Shown: positions 35,666 through 45,800 of the stretch, in pieces
Layout: each line of letters opens with the position of its first letter
How positions within the stretch are numbered: position 1 is the stretch's first letter
Assembly (NCBI GenBank): GCA_965116875.1
Contig: OZ220733.1
Coordinates: forward strand, 3,136,001-3,200,000
Source: Candidatus Latescibacterota bacterium
GTDB taxonomy: Bacteria > Latescibacterota > UBA2968 > GCA-2709665
Direction of reading: 5' to 3'
DNA: 64,000 nt
Notes under the pieces: model-generated
Told to the model about the DNA's origin: nothing
Database searches by the model: none
What the model saw: the letters and a program-made list of their open reading frames with translations, nothing else
Program-made: the position numbers and the translations under genes

Positions 35666-35770
35666 CCGTCAAATCGGCCGCAGAAGGCACAAGAGACACA
35701 AAGGGTTCTGGTGCGAAACGGGGTGTGCCGCAACGCGGTGACCCTGCTTTCGGACCCTGCTTCTTCCCGC

Positions 35771-35809
35771 GGGCCTTGCTGAGAATATTTCAGCAGGGCC
35801 CTCTTTTTT
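35771..35809 (+). terminator. Intrinsic terminator
   Basis: GGGCCTTGCTGA-7 nt-TCAGCAGGGCCC followed by TCTTTTTT. Confidence 0.75.
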
Positions 35810-36305
35810 GAGATTTCGCGACCCCGACCGGGCTGACTCAGAGCCCATAAACCAACTCCGACCTGTCCGCGGTCGATTCCACGCGGCGGCCGCCCACCTA
35901 CCTTTCCTCGCACTCGACCGTCCGTTCGCGAAATTCAGATGGCGCTTCAGGCTCTTCCCTGGACGCCATACCCTCCCATCGATGTTTTGATTGTACTCCG
36001 GTGCGATCTGATCCGAGATCGTCGGCAACCGCCTGTCACAGGTGTACCGACCGGCATCTCCGGGAATCCTTGTAGTTTTCGCGAGAATTCACGAAAATAT
36101 CACGATTAATAGACGCAATAGTCACTATAAAATCACTATAATGTGGTATATTATCATGATATTTATATCTTAAATACCGCTAAGGGCAATCCGGAAGTCA
36201 TCTCAACGGGAGGACTATCGCGAATGCTCATCATCTCGGACAAATCAAGGCGTGTTTTGTTGCTTCTATGTGGTTTGTGCAGCCGGACATGGGTGCGATG
36301 TGCGT

Positions 36306-36455
36306 GCAGAGGCGTCCCTTGCGGACGCCCTCACCACGAAGGACCGGTCTGAAGGTGGGGCGGACATTCCTGTCTGCCCACGTGTGAGAGACACGTCTGT
36401 CAGGTCTCGGCACAAACTGTCATCCTGAAGAGGCCGTCAGGCTGACGAAGGATCT
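36306..36455. repeat. REP-like cluster upstream of the 36476 gene
   Basis: GCAGAGGCGTCCCTTGCGGACGCCC, GTGGGGCGGACATTCCTGTCTGCC (36355-36378) and TGTCATCCTGA...GAAGGATCT. Confidence 0.72.
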
Positions 36456-36475
36456 GCTATGGAGGTTATAGGATC

Positions 36476-39400
36476 GTGAACCGACGGGTTTTTCAACGGT
36501 CGATTCGATGGCTGACGCCGGCCGCGTTTTTTCTTTCGTTGGCGGTCTTTGTCACCCCCTGGTCGCCATCTTCGCAGTCCACCGGCTTTTCGCTTTCCCT
36601 GGATCTGAACGAAGCCACGGGCGACCAAGCGGTTTCCTCGCTCGACCTCCTTCCCGGTCAGCCATTCTCCGTACAGATGTTCGCCACGGATATTCAGAGC
36701 GCTCAGGGTGTTTCCGCGCGTTTGCGTTTCGACGCATCCCAGGTCGTATACGAGGAGCTCGATCCCGGCGATGCGCTGCCGAACGTGCAGGCCGTTGCCC
36801 GGCAGGATTCCACGTCGCTCCGGGTCAGCGTGTCTTCGCTTGGCGGATCGGCAACGGTCAGCGAAGGTTGGGTCGCCACGCTGCGTTTCCGCACGACCGC
36901 CGCATTTACAGACACGGAAGTGTGGCTGGTGGACGCCGAACGTACACGCGGCGGTCAGACCGAGACCGTCTCGCTTGCCGTTGGCGTGGCGCTGCAGGTT
37001 GTGGCGCCGCCATCTCCGGACTTCGACGGCAACGGCATGGTGGGCTTCTCCGACTTCGTGGCGTTCGCCAGGTTCTTCGGGGCTCGGCGTGGCGACGCCA
37101 AGTACGCCGCGCCGTACGATCTGAACCACGACGAAGAGATCGCGTTCGAAGATTTCGTAATATTCGCCAGAAGCTTCGGAGAATCGGTGAACCGTGCGCC
37201 GGTTTTCGCAGAACCAGCGCCCCTGACGCGTTCCGTGATGGAGAACACGTCCGGCGGTGAGCCGATCGGCGATCCCGTCACGGCCACGGACGCCGACGGC
37301 GATTCTATCACGTACGGGCTGCGCGGCGTTCACGCGGACAGCTTTGCGATCGGCGCGGACACGGGTCAGCTCTTCGCACGGGAGGGAGTCGCGTACGACC
37401 ATGAAGGCAACGACACCTATTCCGTGACCGTCCGCGCAGCCGACGGCCGGGGGGGCCGCGCGACGGTTGCGGTGGACATCACCGTCGCCGACGTGGACGA
37501 ACCTCCCTCAGCGGCGCCAGACAGCGTGCGGGTGGCCTCCCGCGACACCGCGCTGGCCGTGACTTGGCTCGCGGCGATCGACGAGCCGGGCAGACCGCCT
37601 GTGAGCGGGTACGAGGTGGGGCACAAGGTGGAAGAAGCCGAGATTTGGCCGGGCGGGCTGCTGGTGGAGGGCCGCGCGGGAACGAGCGTCACGTTAGCAG
37701 GCCTGACCAACGATCAGGCGTACCAGGTACGGGTACGCACGTTGAACGACGAGGGAAGGGGACCATGGTCGGCGCCAGTCGCCGGCGTGCCCGCGGTGGG
37801 GCCCAGGCCTCGCGGCGAATTGCGCGACCAGACGGCGCTCATCGGCCGCGATCTGGAAATCAACCTTGCCAGCCTCTTCACGCGACCCGCACGGGGGACG
37901 TGGACCTTTGGCGCGACGTCTTCCAACGAGGGGGTGGCCACGGTCGCGGTGTCGGATACGATGGCGGTGGTGCGCGGCGTCGTCCCAGGGCGCACGACCA
38001 TCACCGCTACCGCAAGCAACAGGTATGGCAACAGTTCATGGACCACCTTCGACGTGGTGGTCACGACACCCCCAGCCCCACCGCCGCCGCCTCCTCCAAC
38101 GACGCCGCCGCCGCCTCCTCCAACGACGCCGCCGCCACCTCCTCCAACCACGCCGCCGCCACCTCCTCCTCCGCCCCAGGACACGCCGACGGTTTCCTCG
38201 ATCACCTTCACGTCCACCCCGGCATCGGGGCAGAATGGCACGTACAAGCTGGGCGACTTGATTTCCGTAACCGCGTCCTTTAGCGAAGCGGTCACGGTCA
38301 CCGGCACGCCGCAGGTCGACCTGAGGATCGGTTCCACTTTGCGGAGGGCCAACTATGCGAGCGGCTCCTCGACGAGCGCGCTCCTGTTTCAGTATACCGT
38401 ACAGGCCACCGACGAGGACACCGACGGGGCGACCATCAACGCGAACGGGCTCAAGCTCAACAATGGCAGCATCAGGAAAAACAATACGACGACGAGCGCT
38501 CAGCTTGGGCACGGGGCAGAGGTGAATCAATCCGCCCACAAGGTGGATGGAATGGTACCGGCGCTGACCGGCGCGGCGGTAACGGGCGACAAGCTGACCC
38601 TGTCTTACGGGGAGGCGCTCGACGACGATCCGATTCCGGCGAACGGCGATTTCGCAGTTACCGTAGAAGGGACCGCGCGCAACGTCGCAGCGGTCGGCGT
38701 GAACGGCAGCGCGGTGACGCTCACCCTCGCCTCTGCCGCAATCCTGGGCGAGACGGTGAGGCTGACCTACACGCCCGGGACCCACCCGATCCGCGACCTG
38801 GCGCAGAACCCGGCAGGCGCGTACGCCAACGGAACTGTTGTCAACCTGACCGGTGGCGTATGCGACCGCACTCCGCAGGTGAGTGACGCGATCGTTGAGG
38901 CGGCAGGCGCGAGCGATTGCAATGCGGTCACGGCCGCGCATCTGTGGGCGATAACAGAACTCCCTCTGAATGAAAGGGATATCTCAGCGTTGAAAACTGG
39001 TGATTTTTCCGGTTTGACAGCGCTGGCAAAGCTCAATCTGGCGGGCAACAGGTTAAGCACGCTACCCGCGAACCTCTTCTCTGATTTGCCTGCGATAAAC
39101 CTGGTCAGCTTGCGCGAAAACAACATCAGCACGCTTCCGGCCAGCCTATTCTCGAATCCGTCACCGCTCAAGGATCTTGATCTGACACATAACGTCCTGT
39201 CAGGCATCAATAAGTCCACGTTTTCGGGATTGACGGCACTGGAGCGCATTGGCCTGGCAAATAACCGCCTTCAAGAGAGTTCTCTTCCGTCAGGCATATT
39301 CGCAAGCTTGCCTTCACTCAAATTCATCAATCTGGGCACCAACCATTTCCCCGACATCACCGCAGATTTCTTCTCCGACCTGACGGGTTTGGAAATCCTC

Positions 39401-42400
39401 TATCTGACCGACGTTGGCCTCACCACGCTGACCGGGGATCTTTTCTCCAATCTGTCCTCGCTCAATATTCTCAGTCTGTCGCATAACGATATATCGAGCG
39501 TGAGTGCGAACGCGTTCTCGGGGCTGACGTCACTGGAATATCTTTGGATGGACTTCGCCGATCTCGAATCAAGCGTTCTTCCATCGGGGGTATTCTCAAG
39601 CTTGACATCGCTGCGGACGCTGTCACTCAGGGTTAACCGACTGGAGAGCCTACCCGCAGGAGTATTCCTTGGGCTGACTTCTTTGACAGATCTTCACGTT
39701 TCCGAGAACCCGATCGACCCCTTGCCCATTACGATATCGCTGGAGCGGATCGATGACGGACAGTTCAATGCGAGCGCGCACACCGGCGCGCCGTTCAACG
39801 TGACGCTGCCACTTCAGCTGGTCAACGGTTCGGTCAGCGGCGGCGCAGCCAGCATTGTCATTCCCCGCGGCAGGCTGGAAAGCGACGCCGTCACGGTAAC
39901 CCGAACAGTCGGATCCATCGGCGCCGTCACAGTCGACATCGAGTCGCTGCCGGTACCGCCGCCCCCTCCGGACCACCGGGGCTATGCGCTCGTGAGACCC
40001 AACGACGAACCGCTTGAAGTTCTGGCCCCGGTTCCCAAAGTGATCATCTACCCGACCGCCGTTACCGTGGCGGCGGGATACAGCAACGTCTACAGAGTCG
40101 CGCTGAACGCGCAGCCGACGGCGGACGTGACGGTCAGTGTGAACGCCCCCTCGAATAGCGAATTCTCGGTTTACCCCACGGAGCGGACGTTTACTCCCGT
40201 AACGTTCGACATGTTGCAAATCGTGACAGTGGCTGCCGATACCGATGCGGTGGCTGCAGACGCGGTCGCGATCAGCCATGCCGTCAGCGGCGGGAACTAT
40301 CATGATCTTGACGTTGATGACGTGGTCGTGACCGTCGCGGCAGCCCCGAGCACCAGCCAGTCGCCCGTATTCACCAGCGGCGGCACTTTCGATATCAAGG
40401 AGAATGAAACCGAGGTCGGTACGGTGGTCGCGATGGATCCGGACGCGATAGACTACGTTACCGGCTATGAGATCAGCGGCGGAGACCACCAGGCGCAGTT
40501 TGCCGTCTCGGACGAGGGTGCGTTGTCGTTCATCCATGCTCCTGATTTCGAGCGACCCGTCGCGACCGGCAACGTATATGCAGTCGAGGTCACTGCGACC
40601 AGCGGCATGGACGCAAGGCAAAGGGACGCAACCCAGACGATACAGGTCAACGTCGAAGACGTGGAGGAACGCCCGGGAACGCCGCCTGCGCCGGTTTTGA
40701 GTGTTCGCCAGCAATCACGGGAGATAGCTGTCGGCCCGAGTTCGAGTCCGACCGAAAATACAGGACCCGACGTCACGTCGTGGGACATACGGTACCGTGT
40801 CAAGGACAACCGCCATCTCCACAGCCATACCACCGTCGCGGAACCGAATTGGGAGTTCGTGATCCAGCACGCGGTGGCATCCTGGGTCTACGAGGCGCAG
40901 GTGCGCGCTGAGAGTGACGAGGGAGTCAGTGACTGGTCTCCTTTCGCCGAGGCGACGATTCCGAACGAACAACCTGTCGCCAATGGTTCCATCAACGATT
41001 TGACGCTGCCGGCCGGTGGTGCTGCCGAGGTTGTCACCGTCGATGGCGTTTTCGCCGATCCCGATGGATTCAGGCTCACGGCCTCCTCGAGCAATGAAAC
41101 GGTCGCCGCAGCAGGAATGTACGGCAATGCAGTGATGGTCGATCCCCTCAGCGCCGGCAGTGCGACCATTACGTTGACTGCGACCGATCCGTGGGGGCTT
41201 TCGGGTTCGTACAGTTTCGATGCGACGATACAGACGCCGTCGCTACAGGCCCCCACGCTCAGCATTGCTGACAGCGTCGCGACTCTTGGTTTCACGGATG
41301 CTTTCCTTGCGCTCGAAACCCGCGCCTATGACGTCAGAATCCGGCACAAGACCCCCACGGGGCCGTGGGCAGTCGGGTGCATCAGCATAACGAATCCGGA
41401 GGAAAACTCCGCGGCCATCACCACGTCGCGGGATATCACCGCCTCAGGCTTCTTCGAACCCGGCACCCTCTATGAGGCGGACTACATTTACCTGGGGAGC
41501 GGATGTGAATCGAGCGCTGCGGGACTCTCTTCAGCCGCTGCAGAGGCGACCACATCCGGAACCCCTTCGTTCGATATCGAAACCGTCTTCCCGGAAGGGC
41601 CCCCGTCTTCGGATCACCTGGCCGTGATTGAAGCGGCCGTCGCAAGATGGGAACGCATCGTCACCCACGACGTTCCCAACTATCGGCTGTCTGCAACGCA
41701 GATCAGTCAGTTGAAGGCCACATATCCCGGCGTCACGGTACCTGAGGTCGTTGACGACGTGATCATCTTCATACGGATAGGTTCCTATAGCTATGTTTCG
41801 GCGTTGCACCGCCTCGAACTGCGCCCATCCGTGTCGTCCTTGCCGTGGCAATCCGAAATCTCAATTGGATCGCCGTATATCTTCGTTTCTGTCCTTTCTC
41901 AGCGGATCGGCCACTCGATGGGTTTCCACGAAAGCGTGTGGAAGCATCACTACCTGTTGCAGCACGAGTCCAGTTCGGGCCGTCCCCTACCCCAACCCGA
42001 CACGCATTTCTCCGGCGCCGCGGCTATCGACGCCTTCGATGCGGCAGGCGGAACGAGCTACCCGGACGCAAAGGTACCCGTGGAAAACGAGAGAGATTGG
42101 GCCTGGAACCATTCCTGGAGGGTGGACGTGTTCCCGGCGTCCAGAGAATTGATGGGACCGTACGCCGGAGCGTCACTCAGTGCAATCACGATCCAGGCGA
42201 TGGCCGATCTGGGCTATCGCGTTGACGTCACGCAGGCCGACCCATACACCCTTCCCTTGTCAGGCTTGTCCAAGGTAACAGAGGATCTCCTTGAAGAGGC
42301 ATTACCGGAAGGCCCCGAAGGTCAAATCTACCTTGACTTCGTCGCAGAACAACGCGAACACGCGGTCGTCGAATCCACCCCGTTTGTCCTGACGGTGATC

Positions 42401-42421
42401 AACAGCTCGGAGAGCGATTAG
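36476..42421 (+). CDS. Giant secreted mosaic protein: cohesin-like, dockerin-like, cadherin, FN3, Ig-like, poly-Pro, ~11 LRRs, cadherin/FN3 and a C-terminal leishmanolysin (M8)-like domain with degenerate HExxH
   Basis: GGAGG RBS and signal peptide; DFDGNG...DLNHD; NRAPVF...ATDADGD cadherin; LxxLxLxxNxLxxLPxxxFxxL repeats; THFSG..A...HSWR...ELM...LSAITIQAMADLGY. Confidence 0.88.
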   Translation: MNRRVFQRSIRWLTPAAFFLSLAVFVTPWSPSSQSTGFSLSLDLNEATGDQAVSSLDLLPGQPFSVQMFATDIQSAQGVSARLRFDASQVVYEELDPGDALPNVQAVARQDSTSLRVSVSSLGGSATVSEGWVATLRFRTTAAFTDTEVWLVDAERTRGGQTETVSLAVGVALQVVAPPSPDFDGNGMVGFSDFVAFARFFGARRGDAKYAAPYDLNHDEEIAFEDFVIFARSFGESVNRAPVFAEPAPLTRSVMENTSGGEPIGDPVTATDADGDSITYGLRGVHADSFAIGADTGQLFAREGVAYDHEGNDTYSVTVRAADGRGGRATVAVDITVADVDEPPSAAPDSVRVASRDTALAVTWLAAIDEPGRPPVSGYEVGHKVEEAEIWPGGLLVEGRAGTSVTLAGLTNDQAYQVRVRTLNDEGRGPWSAPVAGVPAVGPRPRGELRDQTALIGRDLEINLASLFTRPARGTWTFGATSSNEGVATVAVSDTMAVVRGVVPGRTTITATASNRYGNSSWTTFDVVVTTPPAPPPPPPPTTPPPPPPTTPPPPPPTTPPPPPPPPQDTPTVSSITFTSTPASGQNGTYKLGDLISVTASFSEAVTVTGTPQVDLRIGSTLRRANYASGSSTSALLFQYTVQATDEDTDGATINANGLKLNNGSIRKNNTTTSAQLGHGAEVNQSAHKVDGMVPALTGAAVTGDKLTLSYGEALDDDPIPANGDFAVTVEGTARNVAAVGVNGSAVTLTLASAAILGETVRLTYTPGTHPIRDLAQNPAGAYANGTVVNLTGGVCDRTPQVSDAIVEAAGASDCNAVTAAHLWAITELPLNERDISALKTGDFSGLTALAKLNLAGNRLSTLPANLFSDLPAINLVSLRENNISTLPASLFSNPSPLKDLDLTHNVLSGINKSTFSGLTALERIGLANNRLQESSLPSGIFASLPSLKFINLGTNHFPDITADFFSDLTGLEILYLTDVGLTTLTGDLFSNLSSLNILSLSHNDISSVSANAFSGLTSLEYLWMDFADLESSVLPSGVFSSLTSLRTLSLRVNRLESLPAGVFLGLTSLTDLHVSENPIDPLPITISLERIDDGQFNASAHTGAPFNVTLPLQLVNGSVSGGAASIVIPRGRLESDAVTVTRTVGSIGAVTVDIESLPVPPPPPDHRGYALVRPNDEPLEVLAPVPKVIIYPTAVTVAAGYSNVYRVALNAQPTADVTVSVNAPSNSEFSVYPTERTFTPVTFDMLQIVTVAADTDAVAADAVAISHAVSGGNYHDLDVDDVVVTVAAAPSTSQSPVFTSGGTFDIKENETEVGTVVAMDPDAIDYVTGYEISGGDHQAQFAVSDEGALSFIHAPDFERPVATGNVYAVEVTATSGMDARQRDATQTIQVNVEDVEERPGTPPAPVLSVRQQSREIAVGPSSSPTENTGPDVTSWDIRYRVKDNRHLHSHTTVAEPNWEFVIQHAVASWVYEAQVRAESDEGVSDWSPFAEATIPNEQPVANGSINDLTLPAGGAAEVVTVDGVFADPDGFRLTASSSNETVAAAGMYGNAVMVDPLSAGSATITLTATDPWGLSGSYSFDATIQTPSLQAPTLSIADSVATLGFTDAFLALETRAYDVRIRHKTPTGPWAVGCISITNPEENSAAITTSRDITASGFFEPGTLYEADYIYLGSGCESSAAGLSSAAAEATTSGTPSFDIETVFPEGPPSSDHLAVIEAAVARWERIVTHDVPNYRLSATQISQLKATYPGVTVPEVVDDVIIFIRIGSYSYVSALHRLELRPSVSSLPWQSEISIGSPYIFVSVLSQRIGHSMGFHESVWKHHYLLQHESSSGRPLPQPDTHFSGAAAIDAFDAAGGTSYPDAKVPVENERDWAWNHSWRVDVFPASRELMGPYAGASLSAITIQAMADLGYRVDVTQADPYTLPLSGLSKVTEDLLEEALPEGPEGQIYLDFVAEQREHAVVESTPFVLTVINSSESD

Positions 42422-42599
42422 ATGTCTTGTTCCGACGCAGTGGATCACGTGAGACCCATAGCGCAACATCCTATACGTCGTTTCAATCGGAATCGCGCTC
42501 GGTGAGCCAGCGGTTTGAAGGTACGGACGTTCCAGTCTGCCGGGGCCGCAACGTCCTACCCCACCTGGAGTCGCGGAGGGACCGGGAGAGAGGCCTCGA

Positions 42600-42754
42600 T
42601 CGGGCGACGCATTTTGGGACACACCTGCTGTGCCGCGAACTGCCAATTCGCGGTACCTCTTTGCCCGGCCCTGCTGCCATCGTAGGGGCGTCCCTTGTGG
42701 GCGCCCGCACCGTTAAGAACCGGTCTGAAAGTGGGGCAGACATTCCTGTCTGCC
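42600..42754. repeat. Diverged copy of the composite REP-like repeat
   Basis: GGCGACGCATTTTGGGACAC, TGCCGCGAACTGCCAATTCGCG, GTAGGGGCGTCCCTTGTGGGCGCCC, GTGGGGCAGACATTCCTGTCTGCC. Confidence 0.8.
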
Positions 42755-42823
42755 CAGGTGCGCAGGACCAGTCTGCCACGTCCAAACCAAAACCTGCATA
42801 GGGCCACATCTCACCCAGATAAC

Positions 42824-45800
42824 ATGCTATCAACAAGCGTCCGGACCATTCCTGCAGTTTTGTTTCTGTCTTCAGCTCTAATCACTGTCGCAGCTGAAGC
42901 GCAAGGCTTCTTCCCTTCGTTTCGAACGCTGCAGGAGCCGTGTGAAAGCGGCGGCTATGACCCGACGCCGACGGAGATCACGGTCACGGCGGTTCCCATC
43001 GTGGTCACGTCTACGACCGACGACTACTTCGTCCTCTACGTGACGTTCGACCTGGACGGCACGGAGCTTCAGGTGCCGGTGGCGGTGACCCGGGGAGAGG
43101 CGGGCACGACCACGCTGTCGGAGAACCTGGCGGCCTTGCCCGCGGATCGCTATCGGGTGGAGAAGTACCTGATCGCCGACCCGGCCGACGTCGACGGCGA
43201 CTGCACCGACGACGTCACCGAACTCGACAACATGGGGAGCATGAACCCGGTCAATCCTGCCACGATTCCGGATCCGAACGACGGCGTTGTGGCAGTCCCC
43301 GACCTCGCAGCGTTCCAGACCCAGGGAACCGGGGTCTACAGGGGAACGGTAGTGAAGTTCGTTCTGCTGAACCTGGATACCGCGCATCCGGCGGTTTACA
43401 TCATGAACACGAAGCTGCACCGGAGCCACCAGCCCTTTTTTGACGCGGTGGGCCTGGCGAGAGAGGGAGCGATTACCGGCACCATCACCTACGATCCGGG
43501 ACTCACGGTTCCAGGCGGCGAGGTTGATCGTTTCTACTACAAATACTTCCCGCGGCTGGCCGGGGAGTCCGTCCCTCGCGCAGAGCTGGTGCACACCGTA
43601 CTCGCTGCCAGCCTGGGGTTCCTCGACGACAACCTCACCCTGCACGTCGAAAGCGTTCTGCTTCCCCTTATCCAGGAACGGTTGCCCCAGCTTCGGGCGT
43701 CCCGGATCCCCCTGGTGTACGATTCCGACCTCTTCGGCGACGTGGAGTTCCTGGCGCTCAACACCGGGACGGGCTACGGGCGGCTAAGGATCCTGGGTGC
43801 AGACGAACGCCCCCATCCTCGCGACATCATCGCCCTGGCAACGCTGCCCAACGAGCTGCCCCGCGTGGCCGGCATCCTCACCGCCGCGCCCCAGACGCCG
43901 CTTTCGCACGTGAACCTGCGCGCAGTGCAGGACGGCATCCCCAACGCCTACGCGAAGGACGCCCTCGACCACGCCGACGTGATTTCCCTCGAGGGGAGCT
44001 ACGTCCGGTACGAAGTGACGGAGCGCCGGTGGGAATTGCGGGCGGCGACCCTCCAGGAAGTGGAGGACCACTACGAGTCGTCCCGCCCCGCCGGGACCCA
44101 GACGCCGGAACGCGATCTCTCGATCACAGAGATTACACCGCTCAGCCAGATTGGCTTCGACGACTGGAAGGCGTTCGGCGTCAAGGCTGCCAATCTGGCG
44201 GTGCTACGTACGCTCGGATTCCCGGAGGGCACCGTGCGCGACGGATTCGCCATCCCCTTCTATTTCTACGGCGAGTTCATGAAGCAGCCCCTGGGAGAGG
44301 AGACCGTCTTCGGCAGGGGGAGCGCACCCGATGAGGAAAAGCTCACCCTGGCGGCCGACACGATGCTCGTCGAGGCCGTCGAGGCGATCCTGGCCCATCC
44401 GAGGTTCCAGACCGACCTGGATATCCAGGTCGAGATGCTCGACGACCTGCGAGACGCCATCAAGGACGCGCAGGCGCCCCAATGGATCATCGACGCTCTC
44501 ACCACGATGCATACGACGTTCCCCGCTGGGACGTCGCTGCGCTACCGCTCCAGCACGAACAACGAGGACCTGCCGGGTTTCAACGGCGCGGGACTGTACG
44601 ACTCGAAGACGCAGCATCCGGACGAGACCATAGAAGACGGCATTGACAAGTCGTTCAAGCAGGTACTCGCCGGCCTGTGGACCTTCCGGGCGTTCTCGGA
44701 GCGGGAGTTTCACCGCGTCGACCACCTCGCAGCCGCGATGGGCGTGCTGGTCCATCCCAATTTCTCCGATGAACTGGTGAACGGGGTGGCCGTCAGCTTC
44801 GACCCCGCCACTTCCATTGTGGGCCGACACTACGTCAACTCGCAGGTAGGCGAGGATCTGGTCACCAATCCCGAAGCGTACTCCGTTCCCGAAGAGATCG
44901 TTCTCCTGCCGGGCGATGGCCTTTCCGTTCGAGCATTCTCAAACCTGGTTGAACCGGGCGAGTTGCTGATGAGCCAGGACCAGATGCGCCAACTGCGCGA
45001 GAACCTCAAGGTGATCCACGACCACTTCGAGGGGTTGTACAACCCGGCGCCTGGTGAGCCATTCGCTATGGAGATCGAGTTCAAGATTACCAGCGAGAAC
45101 ATCCTCGCGATCAAGCAGGCTCGCCCCTGGGTCTTCGGCGAGAGCGCGAGCGAGCCGCCACCGCCTCCACCCCCTCCGCCACCGCCGCCCCCGCCCCCTC
45201 CACCTCCCCCGCCTCCGCCTCCACCACCACCGCCGCCACCACCTCCGCCAACACCGCCCCTCCCTCCGGTGTCTCCCACGGTGACGGGTGTGTTTACGAC
45301 GAGCGTCGCGTTGCAATGGAAGACGCCGACCGGCGACGGTCCTCTGATCAGGAACTACGACGTGCGCTACCGTGACGGCGGCGACGGGGAGTGGGCGGAC
45401 GGCCCTCAGGACGTGAGGGGTACCAGCACCACCATAGAGGGTCTGGACCCGGATACGGAATACGAAGTGCAGGTGCGGTCGAGCGGCAACTCGGATCACA
45501 GCGCGTGGATGTCCCTGGAGCCGGTGCGTACGCTTGCGCCGCCGCCCCCGCCGGTGGAACCCGCGGTGACACAGACGTCGCCGGGCAGCGTGACCATCGG
45601 CTGGACGGCCCCGGCCACCGGTGACGGGCTGATCGTTACGGGCTATGACGTGCGGTACCGTGAAGGCGGCGAGGGTGAATGGAAGGATGGGCCTCAGGAC
45701 GTGACGGTCACGAGCGCGATCATCGAGGGACTGGACCCCGACACGGAATTCGAGGTTCAGGTGCGGTCGAACAGCGCTGGCGGCGACGGCGACTGGCTGA

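Noticed and set aside
35810-36300. Small ORFs or ncRNA in the recD2-36476 gap (AT-rich, TCACTATAA direct repeat at ~36122 and ~36133)
   Set aside because: ORFs lack RBS and motifs. This is probably promoter DNA, but no element could be assigned confidently.
42824-45154. Housekeeping ppsA/ppdK
   Set aside because: It has a signal peptide and surface modules and lacks the C-terminal PEP/pyruvate barrel.
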